Assembly (NCBI GenBank): GCA_963740315.1
Contig: CAVUDP010000002.1
Coordinates: 3,072,001-3,136,000, forward strand
Direction of reading: 5' to 3'
DNA length: 64,000 bases
Source of the DNA: an uncultured cyanobacterium
Lineage (GTDB): Bacteria > Cyanobacteriota > Cyanobacteriia > Cyanobacteriales > Nostocaceae
The notes below the pieces were generated by a model. It was not told where the DNA came from and did not search any database. It saw only the letters and a list, made by a program, of their open reading frames with translations. Below, in pieces: positions 11,373-21,001 of the stretch. The first letter of the stretch is position 1; each line of letters begins with the position of its first letter. A program made the position numbers and the translations under genes.

Positions 11373-11420
11373 AACTGCACCTGAACGAAGAAAATTAATA
11401 CATCGGGTGCAGTTTTTTAT
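11373..11420 (+). terminator. Probable terminator hairpin after the pilin genes
   Basis: aactgcacc ... ggtgcagtt stem followed by a T run (large loop). Confidence 0.55.
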
Positions 11421-11506
11421 TTCTATTTTCATCTGAATTGTAAATAAATAAAATTCACTTTCATCTACCTTAAAAACATAAAATTAACATAATTTGAATA
11501 AGCGCT

Positions 11507-12478
11507 ATGACAGAGTATATTAACTTTACCGTAGCTATCCCCACATATAACGGTGCAAGTCGATTATCTGAAATCTTAGAAAGATTAAGAAATCAACTGC
11601 ATACCGAAAATATTTCTTGGGAAATTATTGTTGTCGATAACAACAGCAGCGATCGCACGGCAGATATTGTAAAAAGCTATCAAAAAGACTGGCAGCATTC
11701 TTTTCCTTTAAGATACTGCTTTGAATTAAAACAAGGTTTAGCATACGCCCGCGAGAAAGCAGTAGCCGAAGCAAAAGGTGAATTTATCGGTTTCCTCGAT
11801 GACGATAACTATCCAGTATCAAACTGGATTGCCAAAGCTTACGAATTCGCTCAAAAATATCCCCAAGCCGGTGCGATCGCCAGTCAAATTCATCCTAACT
11901 GGGAAACTGAACCACCAGAAAACTTTCAACGCATTGCCCCATTTCTGGCAATTGTAGAAAGAGGTAATACACCCTTACTTTACAAACCAACAAATAAACT
12001 ATTACCTCCTGGAGCAGGATTAGTTATTCGCAAACAAGCTTGGTTAGAAAGCGTACCCAAAAATTTAGTTTTAACCGGCAGAATTGTTGGTAATATGCTC
12101 ACCGGCGAAGACATCGAAATGCTGTCTTACATTCAACAATCGAACTGGGAAATTTGGTACAACCCAGAAATGGAAATTTACCATCAAATCCCCCATTGGC
12201 GCTTGCAAAAAGAATATTTATTCCCTTTCTTCAGAGGAATTGGATTAAGCCGTTACGTTACCAGAACTGTTGATATCAAGCCGTATTTCAAGCCAGCAGC
12301 AATATTTGCTTACATGGCGAACGACTTACGAAAGATTTTATTTCATATAATTAAACACGGTAAAAAAGTCCAAACAGACTTAGTTGCAGCCTGTGAAATG
12401 CAACTTTTTATAAATAGCTTAATTAGTCCTTTTTATCTGTGGAGAAATGGCTATTTTAAGAAGAAAATTCAAGGATAA
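11507..12478 (+). CDS. hpsE: Family 2 glycosyltransferase, HpsE-like
   Basis: VAIPTYN, IIVVDNNS, FLDDD, GED motifs; synteny. Confidence 0.78.
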   Translation: MTEYINFTVAIPTYNGASRLSEILERLRNQLHTENISWEIIVVDNNSSDRTADIVKSYQKDWQHSFPLRYCFELKQGLAYAREKAVAEAKGEFIGFLDDDNYPVSNWIAKAYEFAQKYPQAGAIASQIHPNWETEPPENFQRIAPFLAIVERGNTPLLYKPTNKLLPPGAGLVIRKQAWLESVPKNLVLTGRIVGNMLTGEDIEMLSYIQQSNWEIWYNPEMEIYHQIPHWRLQKEYLFPFFRGIGLSRYVTRTVDIKPYFKPAAIFAYMANDLRKILFHIIKHGKKVQTDLVAACEMQLFINSLISPFYLWRNGYFKKKIQG

Positions 12479-12485
12479 AATATTA

Positions 12486-12771
12486 GGTTCGTAGTAAGGA
12501 CTTTAGTCCTTAGAAGATGTTTTAAAAGCCACAAATAAGATCGGTTTCGAGAACCCCCTAAATTTCCCGCTAATTTGGGGGACTTTAACCCCCCTTTTTA
12601 AGGGGGGAAGGGGGGATCGAAGCAGTAATAAGGTTACAACAGATACTTCTCAATTCTCTTGTATAAGCTAAGACATTGCTTAAGAAAGCGATAAATCGCT
12701 TACTACGAACAATCATATAAAACCTGCCTCCGCAGGTTTCGCTTGTGTAGCCGCGACTTAAGTCGCCAGGT
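12486..12771. repeat. Cluster of nested REP-like palindromic repeats
   Basis: gttcgtagtaaggactttagtcct ... aagcgataaatcgcttactacgaac inverted pair enclosing cccccttttt/aaggggg hairpins, then aaacctgcctccgcaggttt...gtagccgcgacttaagtcgcc. Confidence 0.8.
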
Positions 12772-12810
12772 ATTTTTATCTCAGTTATCAGGTTATCCGT
12801 ATCTACCAGT

Positions 12811-13374
12811 GTGGTGCATTTATCAAATAATCAAATGTTTAATAAACACTGGAATAAAAATTCTAGCAGTGGCTTTACTCTGCTCGAAATGTTGGTAGTT
12901 ATTGCAGCAATTGGTATGTTAGCTGCTTTTTCTGCCCCTTCTTGGGTAGCTTTTGTCAATACTCGTCGCCTCAATAGTGCTTCTGACAAAGTTCACCTAG
13001 CTTTACTTCGCGCAAAACGGCAAGCCCAAAGAACTAAAACCACTTGGCAATTTAGTCTTCGCGAGCAAGAAGATATTGTGGAGTGGGCGGTTCATCCTGA
13101 GACGGTAAACCCAAATAATGCCAACTGGAATAGTTTGGATTCTAACGTAGTTTTAGATGAAGAAACTACCTTATTTCAACCGGCATCAAGTGAATTCAGA
13201 CGTATTAAGTTTGATTACAGAGGTACTGTCAAAAAACCACCCCTGGGAAGAATCACTTTATCAAGCAAACACGGCGGTAAAGCTAAACGTTGCGTATATA
13301 TTTCCACAATTTTAGGAGCAATACGAACCGCAAAAGAGCGCGATCGACCTAAAGACGGTGATTATTGCTATTAA
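12811..13374 (+). CDS. Pilin-like protein, probable HpsH (start may be the ATG at 12835)
   Basis: G|FTLLEMLVV motif; C-terminal KRCVYISTILGA. Confidence 0.8.
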   Translation: MVHLSNNQMFNKHWNKNSSSGFTLLEMLVVIAAIGMLAAFSAPSWVAFVNTRRLNSASDKVHLALLRAKRQAQRTKTTWQFSLREQEDIVEWAVHPETVNPNNANWNSLDSNVVLDEETTLFQPASSEFRRIKFDYRGTVKKPPLGRITLSSKHGGKAKRCVYISTILGAIRTAKERDRPKDGDYCY

Positions 13375-13631
13375 GATTTAAGGCGTTGCTGAATTGAAAT
13401 ATGAATTTATTTTTTTAATGGTGAGAAGTCGGGTTTTTAGAATAGGTATCTGTAATACACTTACAAATTTTATAAAAACCCGACTTCTTAATTTATCCTC
13501 CTCTTTCCCCTCTCCCCCCTCACAATCATAAAGCCGGGAAGGGAGTAAGTTTTTTAGGTTGCCCGCATTGTTGATAATGGTGCGTTACGCTGTCGCTAAC
13601 ACACCCTACAAAAAAAGAAAAAATACATTCC

Positions 13632-14297
13632 GTGTCTTTCTCACCCGAATTAGCCAAACAACACCTAATTATTTTCACCCGCTACCCCCAACCGGGTAAA
13701 ACTAAAACGCGATTGATACCTGCTTTGGGAGTCGAAGGTGCTGCGAATCTCCAGCGCCAAATGACGGAATATACTTTATCTAAAGTAAAAAAATTGTGCA
13801 AATCGATTGCAATATCCTTTGAAGTTCGGTTTGCAGACGGCAATTTACAACTAATGCAGAGCTGGTTGGGAACAGAATTAAATTACCAACTTCAAGGAGA
13901 AGGAGATTTAGGAAAGCGGATGGAAAACTCTTTTTTAAATGCCTTTAATAAAGGTGCCCAAAAAGTGGTTATCATCGGCATTGATTGCCCTGGTGTCGAT
14001 ACTGAAGTTTTAGTAGAAGCCTTTGAAAAAATCTCAGATTGCGATTTATTACTTGGTCCTGCTGTTGATGGCGGCTATTATCTAATTGGGTTAAAGCGTG
14101 TCATCGGAGAATTATTTATTAACATAGATTGGGGAACCGCCAAAGTATTACAACAAACTGTGGATATTGCCGAGCAGCTTGATTTATCGGTTGGTTACTT
14201 GCGATCGCTAGCTGATGTTGACCGACCGGAGGATTTACCAATTTGGCAGAACAGTTACCAGTTACCAGTTACCAGCGAACAGTTATCAGATATTTAA
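13632..14297 (+). CDS. DUF2064/TIGR04282-type glycosyltransferase-like protein (HpsI-like)
   Basis: LIIFTRYP..GKTKTRL, Q.EGDLG.RM, GPAVDGGYYLIG, DVDRPEDL. Confidence 0.85.
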   Translation: MSFSPELAKQHLIIFTRYPQPGKTKTRLIPALGVEGAANLQRQMTEYTLSKVKKLCKSIAISFEVRFADGNLQLMQSWLGTELNYQLQGEGDLGKRMENSFLNAFNKGAQKVVIIGIDCPGVDTEVLVEAFEKISDCDLLLGPAVDGGYYLIGLKRVIGELFINIDWGTAKVLQQTVDIAEQLDLSVGYLRSLADVDRPEDLPIWQNSYQLPVTSEQLSDI

Positions 14298-14675
14298 AAA
14301 GCCATAAAGCTTACTTAGCACCTTTCTCCAAACCACTGTCTTCTGCAAGGAGAGAGGTTGTTAATCTCCCCATTCCCTTATAGGCAAAGGGGCTGGGGGG
14401 TTCGGTTCCCAATAGTTTAAGGTTAAATGCAATACTGCTAACTGCTAACCGCTAACTGGTCACTGCTCACTGGTCACTGCTCACTGTCTAATACGCGGAT
14501 TTGCCGAAGACAGGTAAAACAAGCTTTGCTACTGTGGTGTAATCTCGAACATAGGTGTTAGAATTTCCACCTGTATTAAACCTACTTTATTTATCGACAG
14601 TAGCTGGAGTATTGGCGACAATATTCAAGTAACTTTATGTAGGACACTCACTTAAATTGAATGCGAGACTAAACT

Positions 14676-15515
14676 ATGGTTAATCGTTTGGCTACTGTAA
14701 ATACTTCCCGTACCTTGAAAGTGGTAGGGATAATCTTAATTTTGTCTTTTTTAGTTGATGTTTTAATCCTTTCAATGCCCTTCCAACCAACTAATAGTGG
14801 ATGGCAGATTCGGCTAGCAACGGCGTTTGTTGACCGAGGAATTGTGCCGATGGTGGGTTTGGGTATGCTATTCGCGGGACATTGGGTTGATAGTTTTGAT
14901 GATTCGAGTCCTTCGGGTATCGACTTAAGATTACCGGCATTAATTTTGTCATGTATCTTAGGTTTGATTTTCTTGCTAATTTTTCCGATGCACATCAATA
15001 ACGTTGGCAAAGCTAGCGCCCGCGAAGTTGAACAAATCACTCAAACTGCTGACAGAGCGAAAAGTCAAGTTGAAAGTCAGCTATCGCAGGTACAAGCAAG
15101 ATTAAGTACTGAGCAAGCAAAAGCTCAAATAGAAAAACAAAGAGAACAAGTCAAGAATCAGTTTTCCGAACTGCTCAAAGACGATACAAGATACAAGCAA
15201 GCCTTAGAAAATCCCGATATTCCGCAACAGCAGAAAGATTTACTCAAGAGATTTAAAGCCGATCCTAAAGCACTCGATCAATTCATCCAAGAGCAAAGCG
15301 ATCCAACGCAACTAGCAAAACAGCGCTTAACTCAAATTGCTCAAGACAGAGATGCTGCTGAAAAACGGGCTAAAGATACCGCTTGGAAGTCAGGATTGCG
15401 AGTTGGTATAAGCAGCTTACTACTTTCCATCGGCTACATCATTATCGGTTGGACTGGGTTAAGAAGCTCAGGCGCAACTTCTGGTGGTGGGAAGCGGAAA
15501 GCAACTGCACGTTGA
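14676..15515 (+). CDS. hpsJ: HpsJ-family membrane protein
   Basis: Three N-terminal hydrophobic helices with VDRGIVP motif, coiled-coil, C-terminal helix; hps synteny. Confidence 0.75.
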   Translation: MVNRLATVNTSRTLKVVGIILILSFLVDVLILSMPFQPTNSGWQIRLATAFVDRGIVPMVGLGMLFAGHWVDSFDDSSPSGIDLRLPALILSCILGLIFLLIFPMHINNVGKASAREVEQITQTADRAKSQVESQLSQVQARLSTEQAKAQIEKQREQVKNQFSELLKDDTRYKQALENPDIPQQQKDLLKRFKADPKALDQFIQEQSDPTQLAKQRLTQIAQDRDAAEKRAKDTAWKSGLRVGISSLLLSIGYIIIGWTGLRSSGATSGGGKRKATAR

Positions 15516-15722
15516 GGAGAGATGGAGGGATAGGGAGATGGGGAGATGGGGAGATGGGGAGATGGGGAGATGAGGGGATGAGGGGATAGGGAGAAATATA
15601 ACTCCTAACTCTTTTAATCCAAAATCTAAAATCTAAAATCTAAAATCTCTTAACTCCTCACTCCTAACTCTTTTAATCTAAAATCTAAAATCTAAAATCT
15701 AAAATCTCCTAATTCCTAACTT
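15516..15722. repeat. STRR array (ggggagat, aactcct, aaaatct)
   Basis: Direct tandem units. Confidence 0.9.
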
Positions 15723-15729
15723 TTAATAC

Positions 15730-16593
15730 ATGATTACTATTTATATATTGACTTATAACGAAGAGTTGGATATTGCTGCTTGTATTGAGTCGGCGATGGT
15801 GTCGGATGACATTATTGTGGTGGATTCGATCAGTAGCGATCGCACTGTGGAAATCGCGAATAAGTATCCGGTTCGAGTTGTGGAACACGCTTTTGAAAGT
15901 CACGGCAAGCAACGTACCTGGATGTTAGAAAATATATCCCCGAAGTATGACTGGGTGTATATTCTTGAAGCGGATGAGCGGATGACACCGGAATTGTTTG
16001 CTGAATGTGTGGAAGCAACGAAAAACCCGGACTACATCGGTTATTACGCAGCCGAGCGGGTAATGTTTATGAATACTTGGATTCGTCACAGTACTCAATA
16101 TCCTCGTTACCAGTTACGGCTTTTTCGTCATGGAAAGGTATGGTTTACAGATTACGGTCATACCGAAAGAGAAGTCTGTGAAGGGGATACCAGCCTTTTA
16201 AAAGAAACTTATCCCCATTACACTTCTGGTAAAGGCTTGAGCCGGTGGATTGAAAAGCATAACCGTTATTCCACTGATGAAGCCAGAGAAACCTTGCATC
16301 AATTAGAAAAAGGCAACGTCAACTGGCGCGACTTAATCTTCGGTAAAACAGAAATAGAACGCCGTCGCGCCCTCAAAGATTTATCATTACGGCTACCGGG
16401 TAGACCATTGGTACGCTTTTTTTATATGTACTTCCTCCTTGGTGGCTGTTTGGACGGACGAGCCGGATTTGCTTGGTGTACTCTACAAGCCTTCTACGAA
16501 TACTTAATCATCCTCAAAGCCTGGGAAATGAAGCATATCCCCACACCCAGCGTTGAAGCAGTTACCAGTAATCAGTTACCAGTTACCAGGTAG
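15730..16593 (+). CDS. Family 2 glycosyltransferase (HpsK-like)
   Basis: ILTYNEE, VVDS.S.DRT, ILEADE motifs. Confidence 0.85.
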   Translation: MITIYILTYNEELDIAACIESAMVSDDIIVVDSISSDRTVEIANKYPVRVVEHAFESHGKQRTWMLENISPKYDWVYILEADERMTPELFAECVEATKNPDYIGYYAAERVMFMNTWIRHSTQYPRYQLRLFRHGKVWFTDYGHTEREVCEGDTSLLKETYPHYTSGKGLSRWIEKHNRYSTDEARETLHQLEKGNVNWRDLIFGKTEIERRRALKDLSLRLPGRPLVRFFYMYFLLGGCLDGRAGFAWCTLQAFYEYLIILKAWEMKHIPTPSVEAVTSNQLPVTR

Positions 16594-16750
16594 GTGATGG
16601 GGTGATGGGGAGATGGGGTGATGGGGAGATGGGGTGATGGGGAGATGGGGGGACAAGGGGACAAGGGGAAGTTAGGAGTTAGTACCACTAGAGTTAAGAA
16701 TTTATACATTACCTTTGACCTTTAACCTTTGACCTGCTCCCATGCCCCAA
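16560..16750. repeat. Composite STRR array
   Basis: gttacca, ggggtgat/ggggagat, ggggacaa, cctttga units. Confidence 0.88.
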
Positions 16751-17326
16751 ATTAAAATGTTACATTTAATATAAATTAATATATTCAACCAACTTTTTTA
16801 TAATAGTCTACAGTTTTGGTGGGGGAGTTTGTAGGGAGATAAAAGGCTTTACCGACGTTGGATGAAGTATTTTGTGAGTTGCGGTAATATTAGTAAGATT
16901 CTTAAGTTGTTGTAACAATCCTTTACAAGACTTAAATAAATTAAAGGTATAGGACTATTTAGCTGCTTATTCTGGCTTTTCTATATGTCTTATGCGCGTC
17001 TGCTACAAAAATATTGGTTTAGCCTGACGGGGTGCGTTTTTCAAGGCTGCGTTGTTTCTGATGCAGTCTAAATAATGGGTATTACACCTGCCGATCGATA
17101 ATTTTGATGGTGTGTTGTCAAAAAAAGCTGTTTTTCCTTTAATTCTTATTTATATAACTAAAGGCAATAGCAATAAATTTATGGTGTAGAGACGCAATAT
17201 AATTATCGAGTTGATGATTAATTGCCGATATTCTTGTATTTATCATGCAGGGAGAATCAAAACAGCAGAAATTTGGTGCCGCTTGATAAAGCAAATATTC
17301 AGAGCAATTAAAACAAGCAAGCTGGT

Positions 17327-17556
17327 GTCAACAACTCAGGGCTAAAGCCACCGAGCTTCAGGCATAAGCCGGTTGCTCATAGTTGACCAGACTAAGGATT
17401 AAATTCCTACGTTTAGAGTAAGTGAAGACCGTTCATACCTTGGAATGCGTAGCTAGTTCCAAGCCCTATAACTGAAAAATTAAACAGGTGTAACGCAAGT
17501 TTTGCCAGTGTTTTTCAGATATGCCGACTCTAAACACTGTCGAAGCTAACATCACC
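17327..17556 (+). ncRNA. omegaRNA (HEARO-like) scaffold of an IscB-type IS200/IS605 element
   Basis: gtcaac...gttgaccagactaag closing stem, ctacgtt, ataccttggaatgcgtagctagttccaag hairpin, attaaacagg...ccagtg, terminal gtcgaagctaacatcacc with tagct/agcta pseudoknot complement. Confidence 0.85.
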
Positions 17557-17670
17557 ATTGAGCGGACTAATCATCCATCAACTACGGAAGCCCACGGTGG
17601 TTAAAACCACTCGTGTCGCTTCCCTCTCAGCTTTTGAAAGACTGAGTTTCCCGCTTTCCGCATATTTCTT
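17327..17670 (+). mobile_element. Non-autonomous IS200/IS605 (IscB-type) mini-element, no ORF
   Basis: omegaRNA at one end; subterminal hairpin cgcttccctctcagcttttgaaagactgagtttcccgc at the other; no iscB or tnpA coding sequence between. Confidence 0.75.
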
Positions 17671-18438
17671 ATGAATATCAATAACAGAAATTCCACTAGC
17701 CGTATGGAGAATAAGGGCTTGGGTTACGAACGCTGGAAGCAAGACCTAAAAAATGACTTGATTGCTGGTTTGCTAGTCATAATTCCTTTAGCAACCACTA
17801 TTTGGTTAACGGTTACTATTGCTACTTGGGTAATTGATTTTCTGACTCAGATACCCAAGCAGTTAAATCCTTTTGAGGGGTTACACCCTTTATTAATTAA
17901 TATATTGAACTTTGTAGTGGGGTTTACCGTACCGCTACTGATTATTCTTTTGATTGGATTAATGGCTCGCAATATTGCGGGTAAATGGTTGCTTGATTTT
18001 GGAGAGCGCTTATTACAGGCAATTCCTTTAGCGGGACAGATTTATAAAACCCTCAAGCAGCTTTTAGAAACGCTATTAAAAGATACTAACAATAAATTTC
18101 GCCGCGTAATTCTGGTAGAGTACCCAAGACCGGGAATGTGGGCGATCGGTTTTGTAACTGGTGCTGTCAGCAGTGAGATTCAAGCCCAAATGCCGAACCC
18201 GATGTTAAGCGTTTTTATTCCCACAACTCCCAATCCGACTACGGGATGGTATGCCGTGGTTCCCGAAAATGATGTGGTGAATCTATCAATGTCGATAGAA
18301 GAAGCGTTCAAAATATTAATATCTGGCGGAATTGTTTCTCAAGCAGCCCCTCTACCTGCTTTAGAAATTCCTAAAGAACGTAAAATAGACGCATCGCGAG
18401 AAAAAAAGCGCCAAGTAATACCTGTTGAGGAAGGTTAA
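17671..18438 (+). CDS. DUF502 membrane protein
   Basis: LIAGLLVIIPLATTIW, VILVEYPR, VFIPTTPNPTTG; usual position before nusB in cyanobacteria. Confidence 0.9.
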   Translation: MNINNRNSTSRMENKGLGYERWKQDLKNDLIAGLLVIIPLATTIWLTVTIATWVIDFLTQIPKQLNPFEGLHPLLINILNFVVGFTVPLLIILLIGLMARNIAGKWLLDFGERLLQAIPLAGQIYKTLKQLLETLLKDTNNKFRRVILVEYPRPGMWAIGFVTGAVSSEIQAQMPNPMLSVFIPTTPNPTTGWYAVVPENDVVNLSMSIEEAFKILISGGIVSQAAPLPALEIPKERKIDASREKKRQVIPVEEG

Positions 18439-18571
18439 ATATTCATGCCTGCTTCGCGATCGCCCAACGGCATGGTATTTTGTGGAGCAGCCCCAATAAA
18501 AAGGGGTAATTATTACAAATTAGGTTGACCTATAACAGTGCGGCTACGAAACGAATTAAATTAATACTGCT

Positions 18572-19204
18572 ATGCAAGACCGTAAACCCCAACAAATAGC
18601 CCGCGAACTGGCACTATTAAGCCTTTCTCAGTTACCTGTAAATCCCAAAAAGTTAACAGAAGATCAACTTCCCAAACTTGTGCTTGCAGCAGTACGTACT
18701 CTTAGAGCGGAGGTGCAAGATAGTTTAGAAAATGCTAAAAGCGAACTACAGCGCAGTAACGATCGCCTTTTAAGCAGCCAAACTCGCGCGGCTGACTTAA
18801 ATATTGCTAGAACAATGCTCAAAGAGGCAATTGAACATACTGAAGTCGCCATGAATCAGTTGGCTGCTACAATCGATTTTCCAGAATTGATTCAATTAGC
18901 AAATCAAGATAAAGAAGTCCGGCAATATTCTATCCAACTGGTTAAAACTATCACGGCAGAACATAAAGTAATAGATGAAAAAATATCTGCCGCTTTAGTC
19001 GATTGGCAAGTAACGCGCCTAGCCATAATTGACCGAGATATTCTTCGCATCGCTGTAGGAGAAATGGAATTTTTTGATATTCCTTCTAAGATAGCAATCA
19101 ACGAGGCGGTCGAATTAGCCAAACGTTACAGTGGAGACGATGGACATCGATTTATCAATGGTGTTTTACGTAAAGTTTCAGAACAACAGCAGGTAACTGG
19201 TTAA
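18572..19204 (+). CDS. nusB: Transcription antitermination factor NusB
   Basis: [27 protein letters not shown]. Confidence 0.95.
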   Translation: MQDRKPQQIARELALLSLSQLPVNPKKLTEDQLPKLVLAAVRTLRAEVQDSLENAKSELQRSNDRLLSSQTRAADLNIARTMLKEAIEHTEVAMNQLAATIDFPELIQLANQDKEVRQYSIQLVKTITAEHKVIDEKISAALVDWQVTRLAIIDRDILRIAVGEMEFFDIPSKIAINEAVELAKRYSGDDGHRFINGVLRKVSEQQQVTG

Positions 19205-19378
19205 AGGTTAAAGGTTAAAGGTTAAAGGTTAAGTAGCTCTAAACTCCTAACTCCTAACTCCTAACTTCCCCTTGTCCCCCCATCACCCCATCTCCCCCTC
19301 TCCCCCATCTCCCCCCTCTGCTTAATAATTAATAATTAATAAATCAAAGTTATTTTATAACCGACGTTATTAGCTGCA

Positions 19379-21001
19379 ATGGTTTTTAATTGGTTCCGCC
19401 GTCAAAACAAGAATTCCGATCCTTCTTCCGAACAGAATCGGGAGGAAGAGATTGAAGATGTTGTAAGTACAGAATCAACTCAAGAAACGCTAAAGGAATC
19501 TCCACCTGCTGAGGCGACAGATTTATTAGCTTTTGCGAAAGCCGCTTACAAAAATATTCAGGATAAGCAACAAACAACTGAATCAGTTGAAGAGGTTTCA
19601 GAATCTTCTCAAGAAGTAACTCAAACGGTTTCCGAAGAAGTCACGGAATCTCCTCAAGAAGTAACTCAAACGGTTTCCGCCGAAGTCACGGAATCCCCTC
19701 AAGAAATAACTCAAACGGTTTCTGCAGAAGTCACGGAATCCCCTCAAGAAATAACTGAAGTTACCGAATCTGAAGTTGTAGAAGCAACTGAAACAGAGGT
19801 AACAACGGAAGATGTAATATCGGAGCCAACAGCGCCTGCTAATTTATCTTTCTTGGAAAGAGCAAGGGCAGAGCGAGAAGCTAAGCAGGAAAGACTTATT
19901 GCTAATGCAATAGAAGTACCGGATACGGTGGTGGAACGGTCAACATCAGTATCGGCTGACACTAGTGAAGCTCTTGAGGAAATACCCGACTTAGCATTTG
20001 ATGACGGATTTTTATGGTCAACGGAAGTCCTCGCAGCGCAAGGTAGACGTGCGGAAGATGTTTCGATTGAAGAAATTACTTGGCTAAAAAAATTACGCCA
20101 AGGTTTAGATAAAACTCGTCGTAGTTTAGTTAACCAGCTTAAAGCAATTGTCGGTAAGGGACCGCTAAATGCGAATGCGGTAGAAGAAATCGAAGCTTTG
20201 TTACTGCAAGCTGATGTGGGTGTGGAAGCTACAGATTACATTATTAATGCTTTGCAGGAAAAATTGCGTCAAGAAGCTTTACCACCTGAAGAAGGTATTG
20301 CTTACCTGAAAAAAATTCTGCGGGATATGTTGGATAAACCCCTGCAAGAATCTTATTCAATTTCATTTACTCCAGAAAAAGACAGTTTCAATATTTGGTT
20401 GATTACTGGGGTAAATGGGGCTGGTAAAACTACTACCATCGGTAAAATCGCTCATTTGGCCTCGAAATCTGGGTATAAATGCTTGATTGGCGCAGCAGAT
20501 ACTTTCCGCGCCGCAGCCGTACAGCAGGTAAAGGTTTGGGGTGAACGAAGCGGCGTTGAAGTAATTGCAAATCCTGGGAAAAATACCGATCCAGCAGCAG
20601 TTGTGTTTGATGCGATCGCTGCCGCAGAATCGCGAGAAACCGAGTTATTACTAGTAGATACCGCAGGTAGATTGCAAAATAAGAAGAACTTAATGGAAGA
20701 ATTAAGTAAAATCCGGCGAATTATTGCTAAAAAAGCTCCTAATGCCAAGGTAGAATCACTGTTGGTTCTAGACGCTACCTTGGGTCAAAATGGATTGCGA
20801 CAAGCAGAAGTTTTTTCTCAAGCTGCGGAACTTAGTGGCGTAGTTTTAACTAAGCTTGATGGAACTGCTAAAGGAGGGGTTGCTCTGGCGGTAGTACAAC
20901 AGCTAGGTTTACCTATTCGCTTTATTGGCGCTGGTGAAGGTATCGAAGATTTACGTCCTTTTTCTAGCTACGAATTTGTGGAAGCGCTGCTCAGCGGTTA
21001 A
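19379..21001 (+). CDS. ftsY: SRP receptor FtsY
   Basis: Acidic N-terminus; GVNGAGKTTT, DTFRAAA, DTAGR, TKLDGTAKGG. Confidence 0.97.
   Translation: MVFNWFRRQNKNSDPSSEQNREEEIEDVVSTESTQETLKESPPAEATDLLAFAKAAYKNIQDKQQTTESVEEVSESSQEVTQTVSEEVTESPQEVTQTVSAEVTESPQEITQTVSAEVTESPQEITEVTESEVVEATETEVTTEDVISEPTAPANLSFLERARAEREAKQERLIANAIEVPDTVVERSTSVSADTSEALEEIPDLAFDDGFLWSTEVLAAQGRRAEDVSIEEITWLKKLRQGLDKTRRSLVNQLKAIVGKGPLNANAVEEIEALLLQADVGVEATDYIINALQEKLRQEALPPEEGIAYLKKILRDMLDKPLQESYSISFTPEKDSFNIWLITGVNGAGKTTTIGKIAHLASKSGYKCLIGAADTFRAAAVQQVKVWGERSGVEVIANPGKNTDPAAVVFDAIAAAESRETELLLVDTAGRLQNKKNLMEELSKIRRIIAKKAPNAKVESLLVLDATLGQNGLRQAEVFSQAAELSGVVLTKLDGTAKGGVALAVVQQLGLPIRFIGAGEGIEDLRPFSSYEFVEALLSG
19592..19775 (+). 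repeat. In-frame 42-bp tandem repeat (EVTESPQEVTQTVS-like, about 4 copies) in the FtsY acidic domain
   Basis: Visible in DNA and protein. Confidence 0.88.

Noticed and set aside
16911..16927. NtcA box (tgtaacaatcctttaca)
   Set aside because: Spacing is GTA-N9-TAC rather than N8
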